A stretch of DNA of 64,000 bases from an uncultured delta proteobacterium (lineage in GTDB: Bacteria; Desulfobacterota; Desulfobulbia; Desulfobulbales; BM004). Under the pieces are notes generated by a model. That model was not told the origin of the DNA and did no database searches. It was given only the letters and a program-made list of their open reading frames with translations. Both the position numbers and the translations under genes were made by a program. Numbering within the stretch: position 1 is the first letter of the stretch; the number at the start of each line of letters is the position of its first letter. The stretch lies in NCBI GenBank assembly GCA_963783905.1, contig CAWAPG010000005.1:120576-184575 (forward strand), in the 5' to 3' direction. Below are positions 9,941-20,569 of the stretch, one piece after another.

Positions 9941-10672
9941 CTACCCTAGACGTTTGACCAGTTCCTCCATCACCATTGAAAAATTTCCTTTTAAGGTTAC
10001 TGTTGCTATGTGCTTCAGCACCGGTTCCCTGTTGATCTCAATAATAGCAGCTCCTTTGTCGTAGGCAATAAACGGTATTCGTGCTGCGGGCTGAATCTGG
10101 CATGAAGTGCCGGCAACGAGCAGCAGGTCGGCAGCGCCCAGCAATTGCTCGGTTTGGATCAGGGCGGGTTCCGGGATGCGTTCATCGAAAAAAACAATGT
10201 CCGGTTTGAGTATGGTGTTGCAGGACGGGCAAACGGGCGGCAGAGATGATTTTCTAACAAAGTCAAGGTCATAGCCGGTGCCACATGTCAGGCAGGAGAA
10301 GGTGGCAAGCGACCCATGGAATTCAATCACATTTTTACTGCCGCCCTTGTGATGCAGACTGTCAATATTCTGGCTGATTATCCCTGCCAGCAGTCCCCGC
10401 TGCTCAAGTGCGGCAAGTGCTTTATGACCCGGGTTCGGTTCGGCGTCGATAACATCGAGAAGAACGCCAAGCATACGCCAGACCTTTTCGGGATCTGCCT
10501 GAAAGGCGCTCAGGGTGCCGTACTGGATCGGGTCAAAGCGTGACCAGAGACCGTTTTTCCCCCGGAAATCGGGAATGGCGCTTTCCGTACTCACCCCTGC
10601 ACCGGTGAGAGCCACCGCATGGTGTGATTTCCGCAGGAGATCAACCGCTTTGTCAAAGATATTTTCATTCAT
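9941..10672 (-). CDS. cobB: Sir2-family NAD-dependent protein deacylase
   Basis: GAGVSTESAIPDFRG, QNIDSLH, HG, zinc CxxC pairs, KPDIVFF. Confidence 0.92.
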   Translation of the reverse strand: MNENIFDKAVDLLRKSHHAVALTGAGVSTESAIPDFRGKNGLWSRFDPIQYGTLSAFQADPEKVWRMLGVLLDVIDAEPNPGHKALAALEQRGLLAGIISQNIDSLHHKGGSKNVIEFHGSLATFSCLTCGTGYDLDFVRKSSLPPVCPSCNTILKPDIVFFDERIPEPALIQTEQLLGAADLLLVAGTSCQIQPAARIPFIAYDKGAAIIEINREPVLKHIATVTLKGNFSMVMEELVKRLG

Positions 10673-10680
10673 GCCGCGGT

Positions 10681-11511
10681 TTAATGGGTTTTTCTTCTTC
10701 GCTGAAATTTGATGCCGCTGATCTTGTTGCAGAACTGCTTGATTACCGTGAAATACAGTTCGCCGGCGCTGGCAATTACGGTGTTATGTGAAGCACGGGG
10801 CACAACCTGGAATTCCTTTGACCGGGCCGGCGACTGAGCCTGGAGAATGGCGGCGGAGTTTACTGGGATAATTTCGTCATATTGGCCGTGGATGATAAGG
10901 GTCGGCTTATTAAAGGACGAAATCTTGCGGACATTGTGAAAGCCATCCACTTCGGTGATCCCCAGGCCTGCAACATCAACCCCGAGATTGAGCAGCAGGG
11001 GCAGGGTGGTGGCAAAGCCGCTTTCAATTATCAGCCCCCCGATATCTTCGGCATGACTGGAAGCCAGTTCAAGGGCGGGGACGGACCCGAGGGACCGACC
11101 CATAATTACAAGGGGCCCGGTATGCTCCGTCGCAGAAATCCAATCCCGGACCGCCCCGAATATGGTATGGGCGTCCTGCAGCAATGCGGTTACCGTGGGA
11201 CTGCCGGAGCTTTTGCCGTAGCCCCGGTAATCCACGGCCAGAAAATTCATGCCGTATTTCGTATAAAGAGGACCGATTTCGTCATAATCACTGACAATCT
11301 CGCCATTGCCGTGAAAGAAAAGGATATTCGGCTCTTCTCTGCCTGCAAGATGAAAGCGGGCATGGACCCGGACCCCTTCAGCAACGGTTATGCCGCTGTC
11401 AAACACATTGGCGGGGGGAGGCGCATCCGCCGGTTCGCGACGCGGATGAAATAGTATGTCCAGGACTTCCGGCTGGTCAAGTTTGCTGTAATTGTAAGTT
11501 TTTTCGGTCAT
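10681..11511 (-). CDS. Alpha/beta hydrolase
   Basis: FHGNGE, DYRGYG, GRSLG nucleophile, HG..D, H catalytic residues. Confidence 0.9.
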   Translation of the reverse strand: MTEKTYNYSKLDQPEVLDILFHPRREPADAPPPANVFDSGITVAEGVRVHARFHLAGREEPNILFFHGNGEIVSDYDEIGPLYTKYGMNFLAVDYRGYGKSSGSPTVTALLQDAHTIFGAVRDWISATEHTGPLVIMGRSLGSVPALELASSHAEDIGGLIIESGFATTLPLLLNLGVDVAGLGITEVDGFHNVRKISSFNKPTLIIHGQYDEIIPVNSAAILQAQSPARSKEFQVVPRASHNTVIASAGELYFTVIKQFCNKISGIKFQRRRKTH

Positions 11512-11946
11512 GTTCCGCTCCAGTCTAGGATGAAGATCTTAATAAAAAATACCCTATTATATTTTTTGTCAGCGTCTATAAACCATTTTCGGTTTACTAT
11601 CTGTTTGTCGCAGCTTAGTGGGTTTATCGGGCATGCAAATCACCAACAGCTGAGAATTTTCAAGAATCAATTTTTCTTTTTAATAATCTGCAACCGACAG
11701 AAAAGCTTATTCCCCAAATTTAAAGGGTATGAACAACTCTTTCATGATTATTTTATGCCGGCACCAATGGTTCGGTAAATCTTCGCACAGGGGAGTTCCC
11801 TTGCTGATTCAGCTTCGTCATAGCAGAATGGTGAAGCATGGAGTAAAGTTAATACCTCAACACCCGATACGCCAAATAATCTTCAATCTTCAATTTTTCA
11901 AATCTTCAATATATACTGATTTTTGCCTCTTCGCTGTGAAAGAACT

Positions 11947-12960
11947 ATGACCGGTTATCTCTGGACAGGACAGACAGAATGTTACGGTATCGACGGCACC
12001 GTTGTTTCCTGCAAAAATTCGGGCCAGGATGGAGAGTTTCGCCCCGGTATCCCATGGCCCGCTAAACGGTTTGGAGTTACCGGACAACTGGTGGTCGATC
12101 AGCTTACCGGACTGATCTGGCTTAAAAATGCCAATCCGGCGGAATTTCCCGTAACCTGGCAGGAGGCCCTGGATTATATCGCCCGGATGAACCGGGAAAA
12201 AAAAGCAGGCCGCATTGACTGGCGCCTGCCGAACCGCAGAGAGATCAGAAGCCTCCTGGCCTTTGATATGCGGAAGCCGGTCCTGCCTGCGGAGCATCCC
12301 TTTGAAAATGTTTTTCTTGGCTGGTACTGGACCTCGAGTACGGCGGCAATTCAGCCGGCATATGCCTGGTATGTGCATTTGGAAGGGGCGCGAATGTTTT
12401 ATGGCCGCAAGGACCAGTATTATCTGTTCTGGCCGGTATGCGGCGACGGCAGGGGAATTTTACCTGTAACCGGGCAAACCAGATGCTATGACACCGAAGG
12501 CCGTGAGATACCGTGCCGGGGAACTGGGCAGGACGGCGAACTGCAGATGGGTTCGCCTTGGCCGCAACCCCGCTTTATCAAAAGCGGGGACGCGGTGCTG
12601 GACAAGCTCACCGGTCTGTATTGGCTGCAGGATGCGGATGTCGGCCCTGGAACAATGAACTGGGATGAAACGCTGCAGTATGTCAAATATCTAGAGCTGG
12701 AGCTGCCGGATTCGTCCATGCAGTGGCGTCTGCCCACCATCAATGAACTCGAATCACTGGTTGACAGTTCCCGCCATACCCCGGCTCTGCCGGCCGGACA
12801 CCCCTTTATAAACGTCAGGGATGTCTACTGGTCGTCAACAACCAGTTTTTTTGAACCGGACTGGGCCTGGGCCTTATATTGCAACAAAGGAGCCACCGGC
12901 GTCGGATTCAAGCGGGAAGAAGGCTTTCATCTCTGGCCGGTGGCTTCAAAGATAAAGTAA
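11947..12960 (+). CDS. Tandem DUF1566 (Lcl C-terminal) domain protein
   Basis: Two repeats of TGQ..CY...GQDGE / D.LTGL.W / WRLP...E..SL / YWSS. Confidence 0.85.
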   Translation: MTGYLWTGQTECYGIDGTVVSCKNSGQDGEFRPGIPWPAKRFGVTGQLVVDQLTGLIWLKNANPAEFPVTWQEALDYIARMNREKKAGRIDWRLPNRREIRSLLAFDMRKPVLPAEHPFENVFLGWYWTSSTAAIQPAYAWYVHLEGARMFYGRKDQYYLFWPVCGDGRGILPVTGQTRCYDTEGREIPCRGTGQDGELQMGSPWPQPRFIKSGDAVLDKLTGLYWLQDADVGPGTMNWDETLQYVKYLELELPDSSMQWRLPTINELESLVDSSRHTPALPAGHPFINVRDVYWSSTTSFFEPDWAWALYCNKGATGVGFKREEGFHLWPVASKIK

Positions 12961-12979
12961 CTATCTAGCTTTACTCGCT

Positions 12980-13474
12980 TTACTCGGACTTGAAAAAGGC
13001 ATTGGCATTGGCCCCGCATACCGGACATTTTTCCGGGGCCTCATTTTCGTGGGTAGAGCCGCACACCGAGCAGATGTAATAATCACACTCCTCCATGCTG
13101 TCCAGCGAATCTTTAGCCTTCTGGTACAGGGCGGCATGCTGCTTCTCAACTTCGTTGGCATAGGAAAATGACCTTGCTGCTGCCTTGTGGCCTTCCTCTT
13201 CCGCGGCTTTGATCATATCAGGGTACATGTTCTTGAATTCATGGGTTTCACCGGCCACGGCCTCTTCCAGATTTTCCATGGTGGAACGGATACCGCCCAT
13301 TGCCCGCAGGTGGGCATGGGCATGAACCGTTTCGGCCGCCGCCGCCGCCCGGAAAAGTTTTGCCGCCTGGGTATAACCGTCTCTTTCCGCCTTTTTGGCA
13401 AAGGCGAGATATTTTCTGTTTGCCTGTGATTCCCCGGCAAACGCCTCAGCCAGGTTTTGTTCCGTGGTGCTCAT
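12980..13474 (-). CDS. rbr: Rubrerythrin
   Basis: AFAGESQA, ETVH, EKQH diiron motifs; C-terminal CSVCG...CPVC rubredoxin domain. Confidence 0.95.
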   Translation of the reverse strand: MSTTEQNLAEAFAGESQANRKYLAFAKKAERDGYTQAAKLFRAAAAAETVHAHAHLRAMGGIRSTMENLEEAVAGETHEFKNMYPDMIKAAEEEGHKAAARSFSYANEVEKQHAALYQKAKDSLDSMEECDYYICSVCGSTHENEAPEKCPVCGANANAFFKSE

Positions 13475-13514
13475 GAGTTCCTCCTTGAATTTTGGGTTTG
13501 TAATTTCCTGCCTA

Positions 13515-13529
13515 TGATAATAATTCTCA
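13515..13529. promoter_or_regulatory. Fur/PerR-type 7-1-7 box upstream of rubrerythrin
   Basis: TGATAAT-A-ATTCTCA, one mismatch to TGATAAT-N-ATTATCA. Confidence 0.6.
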
Positions 13530-13559
13530 AAAAGTCTGGCAACTCCTATATTTTAAAGC

Positions 13560-14696
13560 CTAATTTTCTGACCTAAGCTCGATAAGGGTCACTTCCGGCG
13601 GAGAAAGAAGACGGATCGGCGGTCCCCAGGTTCCCGAGCCCCTGCTGACATAAAGAAAACATCCATCCACCGGGTTGAGACATCCCCAGTGAATAGGATA
13701 ATAGAGCATGGTAACGAGGTTGAACGGGAATATCTGACCCTTGTGGGTGTGCCCTGAAAGCTGCAGGTCGAAGAACCCCAGACTTTCCCGGTCCGGGATG
13801 GGCCTGTGTTTGAGCAGCAGGGTGAAATTCTCCTGATCAAGTGTTGTCAGCACCTCCTTTTCAGAAGGTTGGTCCTTCTTGCTGTAGTAGTTGATGGCCG
13901 GGTCATCAACGCCGGCAATATTGAGACCTTCCGCCACGCGAACCCCCGTATGCCGCAGGAATGTGAAGCCGGCCTTTCGGGTAAATGCCAGCGATTCGTC
14001 CAAACCGGCATAAAATTCATGGTTGCCGGTAATTGCGTATTTACCGTAACGGGGCTTGATTTCCTGCAGCATTTCCGCCAATCCCGCCAGTTTGTTTATC
14101 TGGCCGTCGACAAGATCTCCGGTGGAAACAAGAATGTCAGGCTCCGCTTTTTTTACGGCGGCGAGAATCTTTGCCAACCGTTTGTGTCTGACGATGAGAC
14201 CAAGGTGTACGTCAGAGATCTGGACTATATGAAGTCCATTCAGGGAAGGGGGGATTTTGTCACTGGCAAGGATCAATTTTTCCAGTCGTATATCCCAGAC
14301 CTCAAAGGCGCCCCAGATGGAAGCTGACAGCGCAAAAACCAGAGGCAGGTAAAATGCTGTTCTGGGACCCGGCAGGAACATTAATTTTTTATGCAGCAGA
14401 AGGTCCAAAACCCAGGCAAGAATCCGGAAGCAGTCCACGGCAAGTGCAGCCGCGGCAAAAAGAAAAACAACTCCCATCCAGGTATAGCCTATATAGGCAA
14501 GGAATATAGCCAGAGTATCGTGCCCGGACCTTTCTGATAAACGCACCAGGATCGGGGCTGCGGTCATGATAAGCAAAAAAACTGCAACAAGAAGCAAAAG
14601 CCAGCCTGGCAGGGTGATGGCAGCGCGGGCCTTGAGCAGAGAATAGAGGTTTAAGCCGCCGTATATAAGAAAAAAACTGATGATGAAAAGTGACAT
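13560..14696 (-). CDS. Membrane-anchored metallophosphoesterase (YkuE/YaeI-like)
   Basis: N-terminal TM helices; DVH, GD, GNHE, GHTH motifs. Confidence 0.9.
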   Translation of the reverse strand: MSLFIISFFLIYGGLNLYSLLKARAAITLPGWLLLLVAVFLLIMTAAPILVRLSERSGHDTLAIFLAYIGYTWMGVVFLFAAAALAVDCFRILAWVLDLLLHKKLMFLPGPRTAFYLPLVFALSASIWGAFEVWDIRLEKLILASDKIPPSLNGLHIVQISDVHLGLIVRHKRLAKILAAVKKAEPDILVSTGDLVDGQINKLAGLAEMLQEIKPRYGKYAITGNHEFYAGLDESLAFTRKAGFTFLRHTGVRVAEGLNIAGVDDPAINYYSKKDQPSEKEVLTTLDQENFTLLLKHRPIPDRESLGFFDLQLSGHTHKGQIFPFNLVTMLYYPIHWGCLNPVDGCFLYVSRGSGTWGPPIRLLSPPEVTLIELRSEN

Positions 14697-14793
14697 TTAT
14701 CTCGTGCCGATAAGAGAGTGAGCCAATCTGCCGGTCCAATTTTTTTCATAATTCTGGCAGTGAAAGGTTTGTGAATTGTATTATAATAATACC

Positions 14794-15573
14794 ATGGAAA
14801 ATAAAACGATGGTGAAGAAAATTTTGCCGCGTCTCCGGAGACGAAGCGCTCTTTCATTATTTCAGGCCGGATTACTGCTGGCCGTCTTTGCCGGCAGTGC
14901 CTGGAGCCTCGATCAATTCCAGGAGGCGCGCCGTAAGATGGTACAGGCCATCGAGGCTGATGTCCGTGCAACCAGCCTTTATATCGACAGGAAGAACCTT
15001 GATCCACGGGTGATGTCCGTCATGGCCTCGGTTGAACGCCACCGGTTTGTCCCCCCTTCCGAAGTTTCCTTGGCCTATGCCAATCGGCCTCTGCCCATCG
15101 GCCATGGGCAGACCATTTCGCAGCCCTACATAGTCGCCCTGATGACCGACCTGATAGATGCCGATCCCGGCGACAGGGTACTCGAAATAGGCACCGGCTC
15201 AGGCTACCAGGCGGCGGTACTGGCTGAAATGGGGGCAGAGGTTTTCACGGTCGAAATCATTGAGCCCCTGGCGGAAAAGGCCGCAAAAAGACTGAAGGAA
15301 TTACGATATGACCGGGTGCATACCCGGCAGGGCGACGGTTATTATGGCTGGCAGGAGGAAGCCCCCTTTGATGCCATTGTGGTGACAGCCGCAGCCGATC
15401 ACATTCCGCCGCCCCTTATCCGGCAGCTGAAACCCGGCGGCATCATGGTAATACCGATGGGCAGCAGATTCCTGGTGCAGCAGCTGGTGCTGGTTGAAAA
15501 GGACAGCGGGGGTTCCATAAAAACCCGGCAGATACTGCCGGTCCGATTTGTCCCCCTGACCGGGGCGCGCTGA
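14794..15573 (+). CDS. pcm: Protein-L-isoaspartate O-methyltransferase with N-terminal signal-like extension
   Basis: GQTISQP, VLEIGTGSGYQAA, APFDAIVVTAA; start codon uncertain. Confidence 0.9.
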   Translation: MENKTMVKKILPRLRRRSALSLFQAGLLLAVFAGSAWSLDQFQEARRKMVQAIEADVRATSLYIDRKNLDPRVMSVMASVERHRFVPPSEVSLAYANRPLPIGHGQTISQPYIVALMTDLIDADPGDRVLEIGTGSGYQAAVLAEMGAEVFTVEIIEPLAEKAAKRLKELRYDRVHTRQGDGYYGWQEEAPFDAIVVTAAADHIPPPLIRQLKPGGIMVIPMGSRFLVQQLVLVEKDSGGSIKTRQILPVRFVPLTGAR

Positions 15574-15682
15574 AGGGAAGCAGCAAAATTATACCTGGTT
15601 TGAAAATTCTGTTTTTTACACCATCCGTAAATTGGCGTGAAGCATCGCGGCAGCAAGGACAGACCTGAAAACGTACCTGATT

Positions 15683-18136
15683 ATGGACAAAGAGGTTTCC
15701 AGCTGGGAACATGATTCTGCACCACCCCGGCTCACAATACTGCTGGTCTCGGCAATGGCGCTCGCCTACGAGATCCTTCTAATGCGGCTTTTTCCCATCG
15801 TCCAGTACCATCATTTCGCCTACATGGTTATCAGCCTCGCCCTCCTTGGTTATGGTGCCAGCGGCACCTTTCTGGTATTTTTCCGGCAACGGTTCCTGCA
15901 GCGTTTTCCCGCAACGTTTATCGGTAACATTCTTCTTTTCGGCATAACGGTTGTCGCCTGTTTTCAGGGTGCTCAGCACCTGCTCTTCAACCCGGATGAG
16001 ATGTTCTGGTCCAACCGGCAGTGGCTTAAACTTTTTGCCCTCTATCTGATGCTGGCACTACCCTTTTTTTTCGCGGCAAACTGTATAGCCCTCGCCTTTT
16101 CCCGGTATCGGCGGAAAATTTCGGTAATCTATGGCGCAGATCTTATCGGGGCCGGAGTCGGCAGCATCCTGATCATAGTTCTGCTTTTTCTGTTTCTGCC
16201 CCATAGAGTGCTGCTTCTCCTGGGGAGCCTGATTTTTGTTGTTGGCGGCGTGGCCTGGCTGGAACTTCGGCTGCTGCCGCGATCGGGTGTCATTCTGTTT
16301 ATCGGCAGCGCGGTAATTTTCTTTCTGCTGCCTGCTTCCTGGACCGGCCTGGCAATTTCCCCCTATAAAGGTTTAAGCCAGCAGATGCGGATTACAGGCA
16401 GCAGAATAGTTGAGGAACAATCAAGTCCTCTGGCGCTGCTGACCGCAGTGAAGAACGACCTGGTGCCCTTCAGGTATGCCCCGGGTCTGAGTATTACCGC
16501 TGTGGCTGAACCACCGGAGCAACTGGGTATATTTATTGACGGTGATGCCATGAACGTCATTACCCGTTTTCCGGAGGATATTTCCCGTCTGGCATATCTG
16601 GATGAGTTCACCACCGCCCTGGGGTATCACCTGCAGCGGCCGGAGGGTATCCTGATTCTGGGTGCCGGCGCCGGGGCCGATATCCTGCAGGCCCTCTATT
16701 TTGCTGGCCAGAGCATCACTGCAGTGGAGCTTAACCCTCAGATTGTGCAAATGGTGCAGAAGAGGCCGGACTTTTCCGGACATCTCTTTGAACGGGAAAA
16801 TGTTCATGTGCAAATCGATGAAGCACGCAGTTTCGTTGCGGGCAGTTCAAAAAAATTTGATCTCATAGCGCTGCCGCTGCTTTACTCTTTCAGCAGTTCG
16901 GCGGCAGGGCCCTATGCCCTGAATGAAAATTATCTGTACACGGTGGAGGCATTACAGGAGTATATTCAGCATCTTTTACCAGGGGGATATCTCAGCATGA
17001 GCCGCTGGGTGACACTGCCGCCGCGGGATACCCTTAAACTGTTTGCAACAGCGGTAGCCGCCCTGAAGGGCTTGGATAGAGATGATTTTGCAAAGTGTCT
17101 GGTCATGATACGTTCCTGGCAGTCGGCCACCCTGCTGGTAAAAAAATCGCCTTTCACGGGTGAAGAGATCAGCCGGGTGAAAAAATTTTGCCAACAGCGG
17201 CTCTTTGATCTTGTTTATTATCCCGGCATGGAGCGGCAGGAAGCTAACCGGTTTAATATCCTGCGGCGCCCTTATTTTTACGATGGTGCCGTCAGCCTGG
17301 TCGGGGGCGAGTCGGAAAATTTCATCAGCAGATATAAATTCAATATAGGGCCAAGTACGGACGACAGGCCTTTTTTCGCCAGTTTCTTCAAGTGGCGGAC
17401 CCTGCCTGAGATCCTGAAATTAAAAGGACAGGGCGGCATGGTGCTGCTGGAGTCCGGTTACCTGATTCTGGTAATAACCCTGTTGCAGGCGCTTGCTGCC
17501 AGCCTTGTTCTTATCCTTTTACCTGTAATTGTCCGATCCGGAATGGTGGCATCGGAAACAGGCTGGAGCAGGGCACGGGTGGCAGCATATTTTTTTGTTA
17601 TTGGCCTCGGTTTTCTGTTTCTCGAAATTGCCTTTATGCAGAAATTTATTCTGTACCTCGGGAATCCGCTCTATGCGGCAGCGGTGATTCTGGCGATATT
17701 TCTGATTTTTGCAGGGATGGGAAGCAGGCATGTCCAGGCAAAACGTATCCACGCTAAACGACCGGCGGCCATGATTATCGGGCTCGGTGCCGTTGATCTC
17801 TTCACCGTAAATTATTTATTCGATGCTCTGAACCCGCTGCCCTGGATCATGAAAATAGTCCTGGCGATCCTGCTGCTTGGACCTCTGGCTTTCAACATGG
17901 GGATGCTGTTCCCCCTGGCGATGGCTGGTATTGGTGCCCAAGAACCGAACCTGATTCCCTGGGCCTGGTCCGTTAACGGCTGCGCCTCGGTTATTGCCGC
18001 GGTACTTGCCACTCTACTGGCCGTCCATTTAGGGTTTTCGATAGTGGTACTGGCGGCTCTTGCCCTTTATGGAACAGCGGCGGTGATATTTCCAGCCGGG
18101 CTCGAATTGAATGGTGGAAGAAATACGGTAGAATAG
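15683..18136 (+). CDS. Polytopic membrane protein with central spermidine-synthase-like SAM-binding domain
   Basis: Multiple TM segments, ILGAGAG, VELNP, STDDRPFF, WAWSVNG. Confidence 0.8.
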   Translation: MDKEVSSWEHDSAPPRLTILLVSAMALAYEILLMRLFPIVQYHHFAYMVISLALLGYGASGTFLVFFRQRFLQRFPATFIGNILLFGITVVACFQGAQHLLFNPDEMFWSNRQWLKLFALYLMLALPFFFAANCIALAFSRYRRKISVIYGADLIGAGVGSILIIVLLFLFLPHRVLLLLGSLIFVVGGVAWLELRLLPRSGVILFIGSAVIFFLLPASWTGLAISPYKGLSQQMRITGSRIVEEQSSPLALLTAVKNDLVPFRYAPGLSITAVAEPPEQLGIFIDGDAMNVITRFPEDISRLAYLDEFTTALGYHLQRPEGILILGAGAGADILQALYFAGQSITAVELNPQIVQMVQKRPDFSGHLFERENVHVQIDEARSFVAGSSKKFDLIALPLLYSFSSSAAGPYALNENYLYTVEALQEYIQHLLPGGYLSMSRWVTLPPRDTLKLFATAVAALKGLDRDDFAKCLVMIRSWQSATLLVKKSPFTGEEISRVKKFCQQRLFDLVYYPGMERQEANRFNILRRPYFYDGAVSLVGGESENFISRYKFNIGPSTDDRPFFASFFKWRTLPEILKLKGQGGMVLLESGYLILVITLLQALAASLVLILLPVIVRSGMVASETGWSRARVAAYFFVIGLGFLFLEIAFMQKFILYLGNPLYAAAVILAIFLIFAGMGSRHVQAKRIHAKRPAAMIIGLGAVDLFTVNYLFDALNPLPWIMKIVLAILLLGPLAFNMGMLFPLAMAGIGAQEPNLIPWAWSVNGCASVIAAVLATLLAVHLGFSIVVLAALALYGTAAVIFPAGLELNGGRNTVE

Positions 18137-18285
18137 AGTATATTCGCACGACCGGCCTTTTTGCCGGCATGATGCATGGAGAAACAGTCTTGCGGCAGCG
18201 CCGAACCGTGTAATCTTCCTATATTACGGGCGCAATATTCCCGGTATGTTTTTGACCATGCCGACAGATATTATCAACAGGGCAA

Positions 18286-19092
18286 ATGGCTCAAGATTCA
18301 ACAAATACAGGCGAACCGGGTGCCATAACCGAAGTGAGCCGACTCACCAAGCGGTTCGGCAGCTTGATTGCCCTCGATTCGTTGAGCTTCAAGGTTTGCA
18401 GAGGCGACATCCTCGGACTTCTGGGGCCGAACGGGGCCGGCAAAACAACCGCCATTCACTGCATGTTGGGACTGGTTACCCCAACCGGCGGTACGATCCG
18501 GATAATGGGACTTGACGTTGCCCGTCATCGCCGTACCATTCTTTCGCGGGTCAATTTTTCCTCAGCCTATACCGCCCTGCCTTCAAACCTGACCGTCAGG
18601 GAAAACCTGGTTGTCTTTGCCAGGCTCTACGGTCTGCAAGCGGCCCGGAAAAAAATCGATGCCCTGCTGGAACTTTTTGAAATAGAAGAAACGCGTGAAA
18701 GGCTCACAGGCAGTCTTTCTTCAGGACAGCTGACCCGTTTGAACCTGTGCAAAGCATTTTTGAATGACCCTGAAATTCTCTTTCTCGACGAACCTACCGC
18801 AAGCCTGGATCCGGATATTGCCGCCAAGGTGCGGGAACGCCTGCATGAGCTGCAGCGGCAGCGAGGGCTGAGCATGATTTATACCTCGCACAATATGCAG
18901 GAGGTGGAGCAGATGTGTGACCGGGTTATTTTTCTGGCCAGGGGACGTATTGTTATGCAGGGATCACCTGCTGAAATCATCAGGCAGTCAAAAAGCCGGT
19001 CCCTGGAAGACCTCTTCATTGCTATAGCCAGGAAGGGCCACCTGTGCCAGGGAGTCGACCAGCGGGAGGATGAACCATGTGGCTCAGGGTAA
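18286..19092 (+). CDS. ABC-2 type transporter ATP-binding protein
   Basis: GPNGAGKT, LSSGQ, LDEPT. Confidence 0.9.
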   Translation: MAQDSTNTGEPGAITEVSRLTKRFGSLIALDSLSFKVCRGDILGLLGPNGAGKTTAIHCMLGLVTPTGGTIRIMGLDVARHRRTILSRVNFSSAYTALPSNLTVRENLVVFARLYGLQAARKKIDALLELFEIEETRERLTGSLSSGQLTRLNLCKAFLNDPEILFLDEPTASLDPDIAAKVRERLHELQRQRGLSMIYTSHNMQEVEQMCDRVIFLARGRIVMQGSPAEIIRQSKSRSLEDLFIAIARKGHLCQGVDQREDEPCGSG

Positions 19093-19862
19093 GTGCTATT
19101 GTCATGCGTTACTTTTTTCTGCATCGGCGCAGCGTGGCCCGGGTCATGGAAATTTTTTTCTGGCCGGTAATGAATTTGCTGGTCTGGGGATTTGTCACCA
19201 ATTACCTGAAGGATCTGGCCCTGCCCAAAACCGTGCTTTTTCTGCTCGGCTCCGTCATTCTGTGGGATGTGCTCTACCGTTCACAGCAGGGAATAACCCT
19301 GGCGATTACGGAAGAATTCTGGGTGAAGAACATCATCAATATCTTTATCAGTCCCATCAGTATAATCGAGCTCTTAACCGCCATCGGCATCGTCGGCATC
19401 ATCAAGTCGGTTGTGACCACCGTGGTCCTCGGTTTTCTGGCTTTTTTCTTTTACCGGTTCAATATTTTAAGCACCGGCCCGGGCCTGGTCTTTTTTCTGG
19501 GCAACCTGCTCCTGTTTGGCTGGGCTGTGGGCCTTTTTACCATGGCGCTCATATTCCGCTATGGCCGTGCTGCAGAGGCGCTTATCTGGGGCGTGCCGTT
19601 TCTCATCCAGCCGGTTTCGGCTGTTTTTTATCCTGTTTCCGTTCTGCCCGTCTGGCTGCAGAAGATTGCCTACCTTCTACCCTCCACCTATGTTTTTGAG
19701 GGTATGCGCCAGGTGCTGGCAACCGGCGTAACGGATCTATCTAAGCTGGGTATTTCCTTTGGCCTGAACCTGGTTTATCTTTTACTGGGTTCGATTTACT
19801 TCAGCTGGATGCTGCACAAGGTCAGGGAAATGGGATATTTGAGCAGATTTAATCTGGAATGA
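19077..19862 (+). CDS. ABC-2 type transporter permease
   Basis: About six TM helices, FYPV..LP motif; overlaps the ATPase gene. Confidence 0.85.
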   Translation: MWLRVSAIVMRYFFLHRRSVARVMEIFFWPVMNLLVWGFVTNYLKDLALPKTVLFLLGSVILWDVLYRSQQGITLAITEEFWVKNIINIFISPISIIELLTAIGIVGIIKSVVTTVVLGFLAFFFYRFNILSTGPGLVFFLGNLLLFGWAVGLFTMALIFRYGRAAEALIWGVPFLIQPVSAVFYPVSVLPVWLQKIAYLLPSTYVFEGMRQVLATGVTDLSKLGISFGLNLVYLLLGSIYFSWMLHKVREMGYLSRFNLE

Positions 19863-20049
19863 GGTTTTAAAGGGATCTGCGGGGGCCAGGGTCAGATGGG
19901 AGAAGATACAATTAATGCCGGAATGAGGACGTGATGTTTTATTAATATATCAATACTCCTGTATTACAGTATTCCAAGGCAACGGGTAACAGTAACAAGC
20001 CGACCGCCGGTTATGACTGAATAATTAAAATATTGGGAAATGAAATACA

Positions 20050-20544
20050 ATGCCGATATATGAATTCTTCTGCCGCGACTGCAATACCATTTTTAATTTT
20101 TTCTCACGCCGCATCAATACGGATAAAGTCCCGGACTGTCCGAAATGCGGCAGAAAACTGAAGAAACAGCTGTCATCCTTTGCCACGGTCGGTAAAGCGA
20201 AAGAGCCGGGTGGTGATGATCCGCCGCCGGGTTTTGACGAGTCACGCATGGAAAGGGCGCTGGGGGAAATGGCCCGGGAAGCGGAAAAGATGAACGAAGA
20301 AGATCCCAGGGCCATGGCGCGGCTGCTGCGCAGCTTTTCGAAAAAAACCGGCCTGGATCTTAACGAAAACATGGAGAATGCCTTATCACGTCTGGAAGCC
20401 GGAGAAGATCCGGATGCGATTGAAAGGGAAATGGGAGATGTCTTTGCCGGAGAGGATGAGCTGCCCTTTGCCTTCAAACAGAACAGCAGAGGCCAGAAGC
20501 CGAAAACGCCGGTCCATGATGAAACGCTCTATGAAATGGAGTAA
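20050..20544 (+). CDS. FmdB-family zinc ribbon protein
   Basis: MPIYEFFCRDC...CPKCG. Confidence 0.85.
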   Translation: MPIYEFFCRDCNTIFNFFSRRINTDKVPDCPKCGRKLKKQLSSFATVGKAKEPGGDDPPPGFDESRMERALGEMAREAEKMNEEDPRAMARLLRSFSKKTGLDLNENMENALSRLEAGEDPDAIEREMGDVFAGEDELPFAFKQNSRGQKPKTPVHDETLYEME

Positions 20545-20569
20545 CAGCCCGGCATAGAAAGGAGTATGG

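Noticed and set aside
11530-11950. Short ORFs in AT-rich intergenic DNA
   Set aside because: No RBS or motifs; consistent with a divergent promoter region
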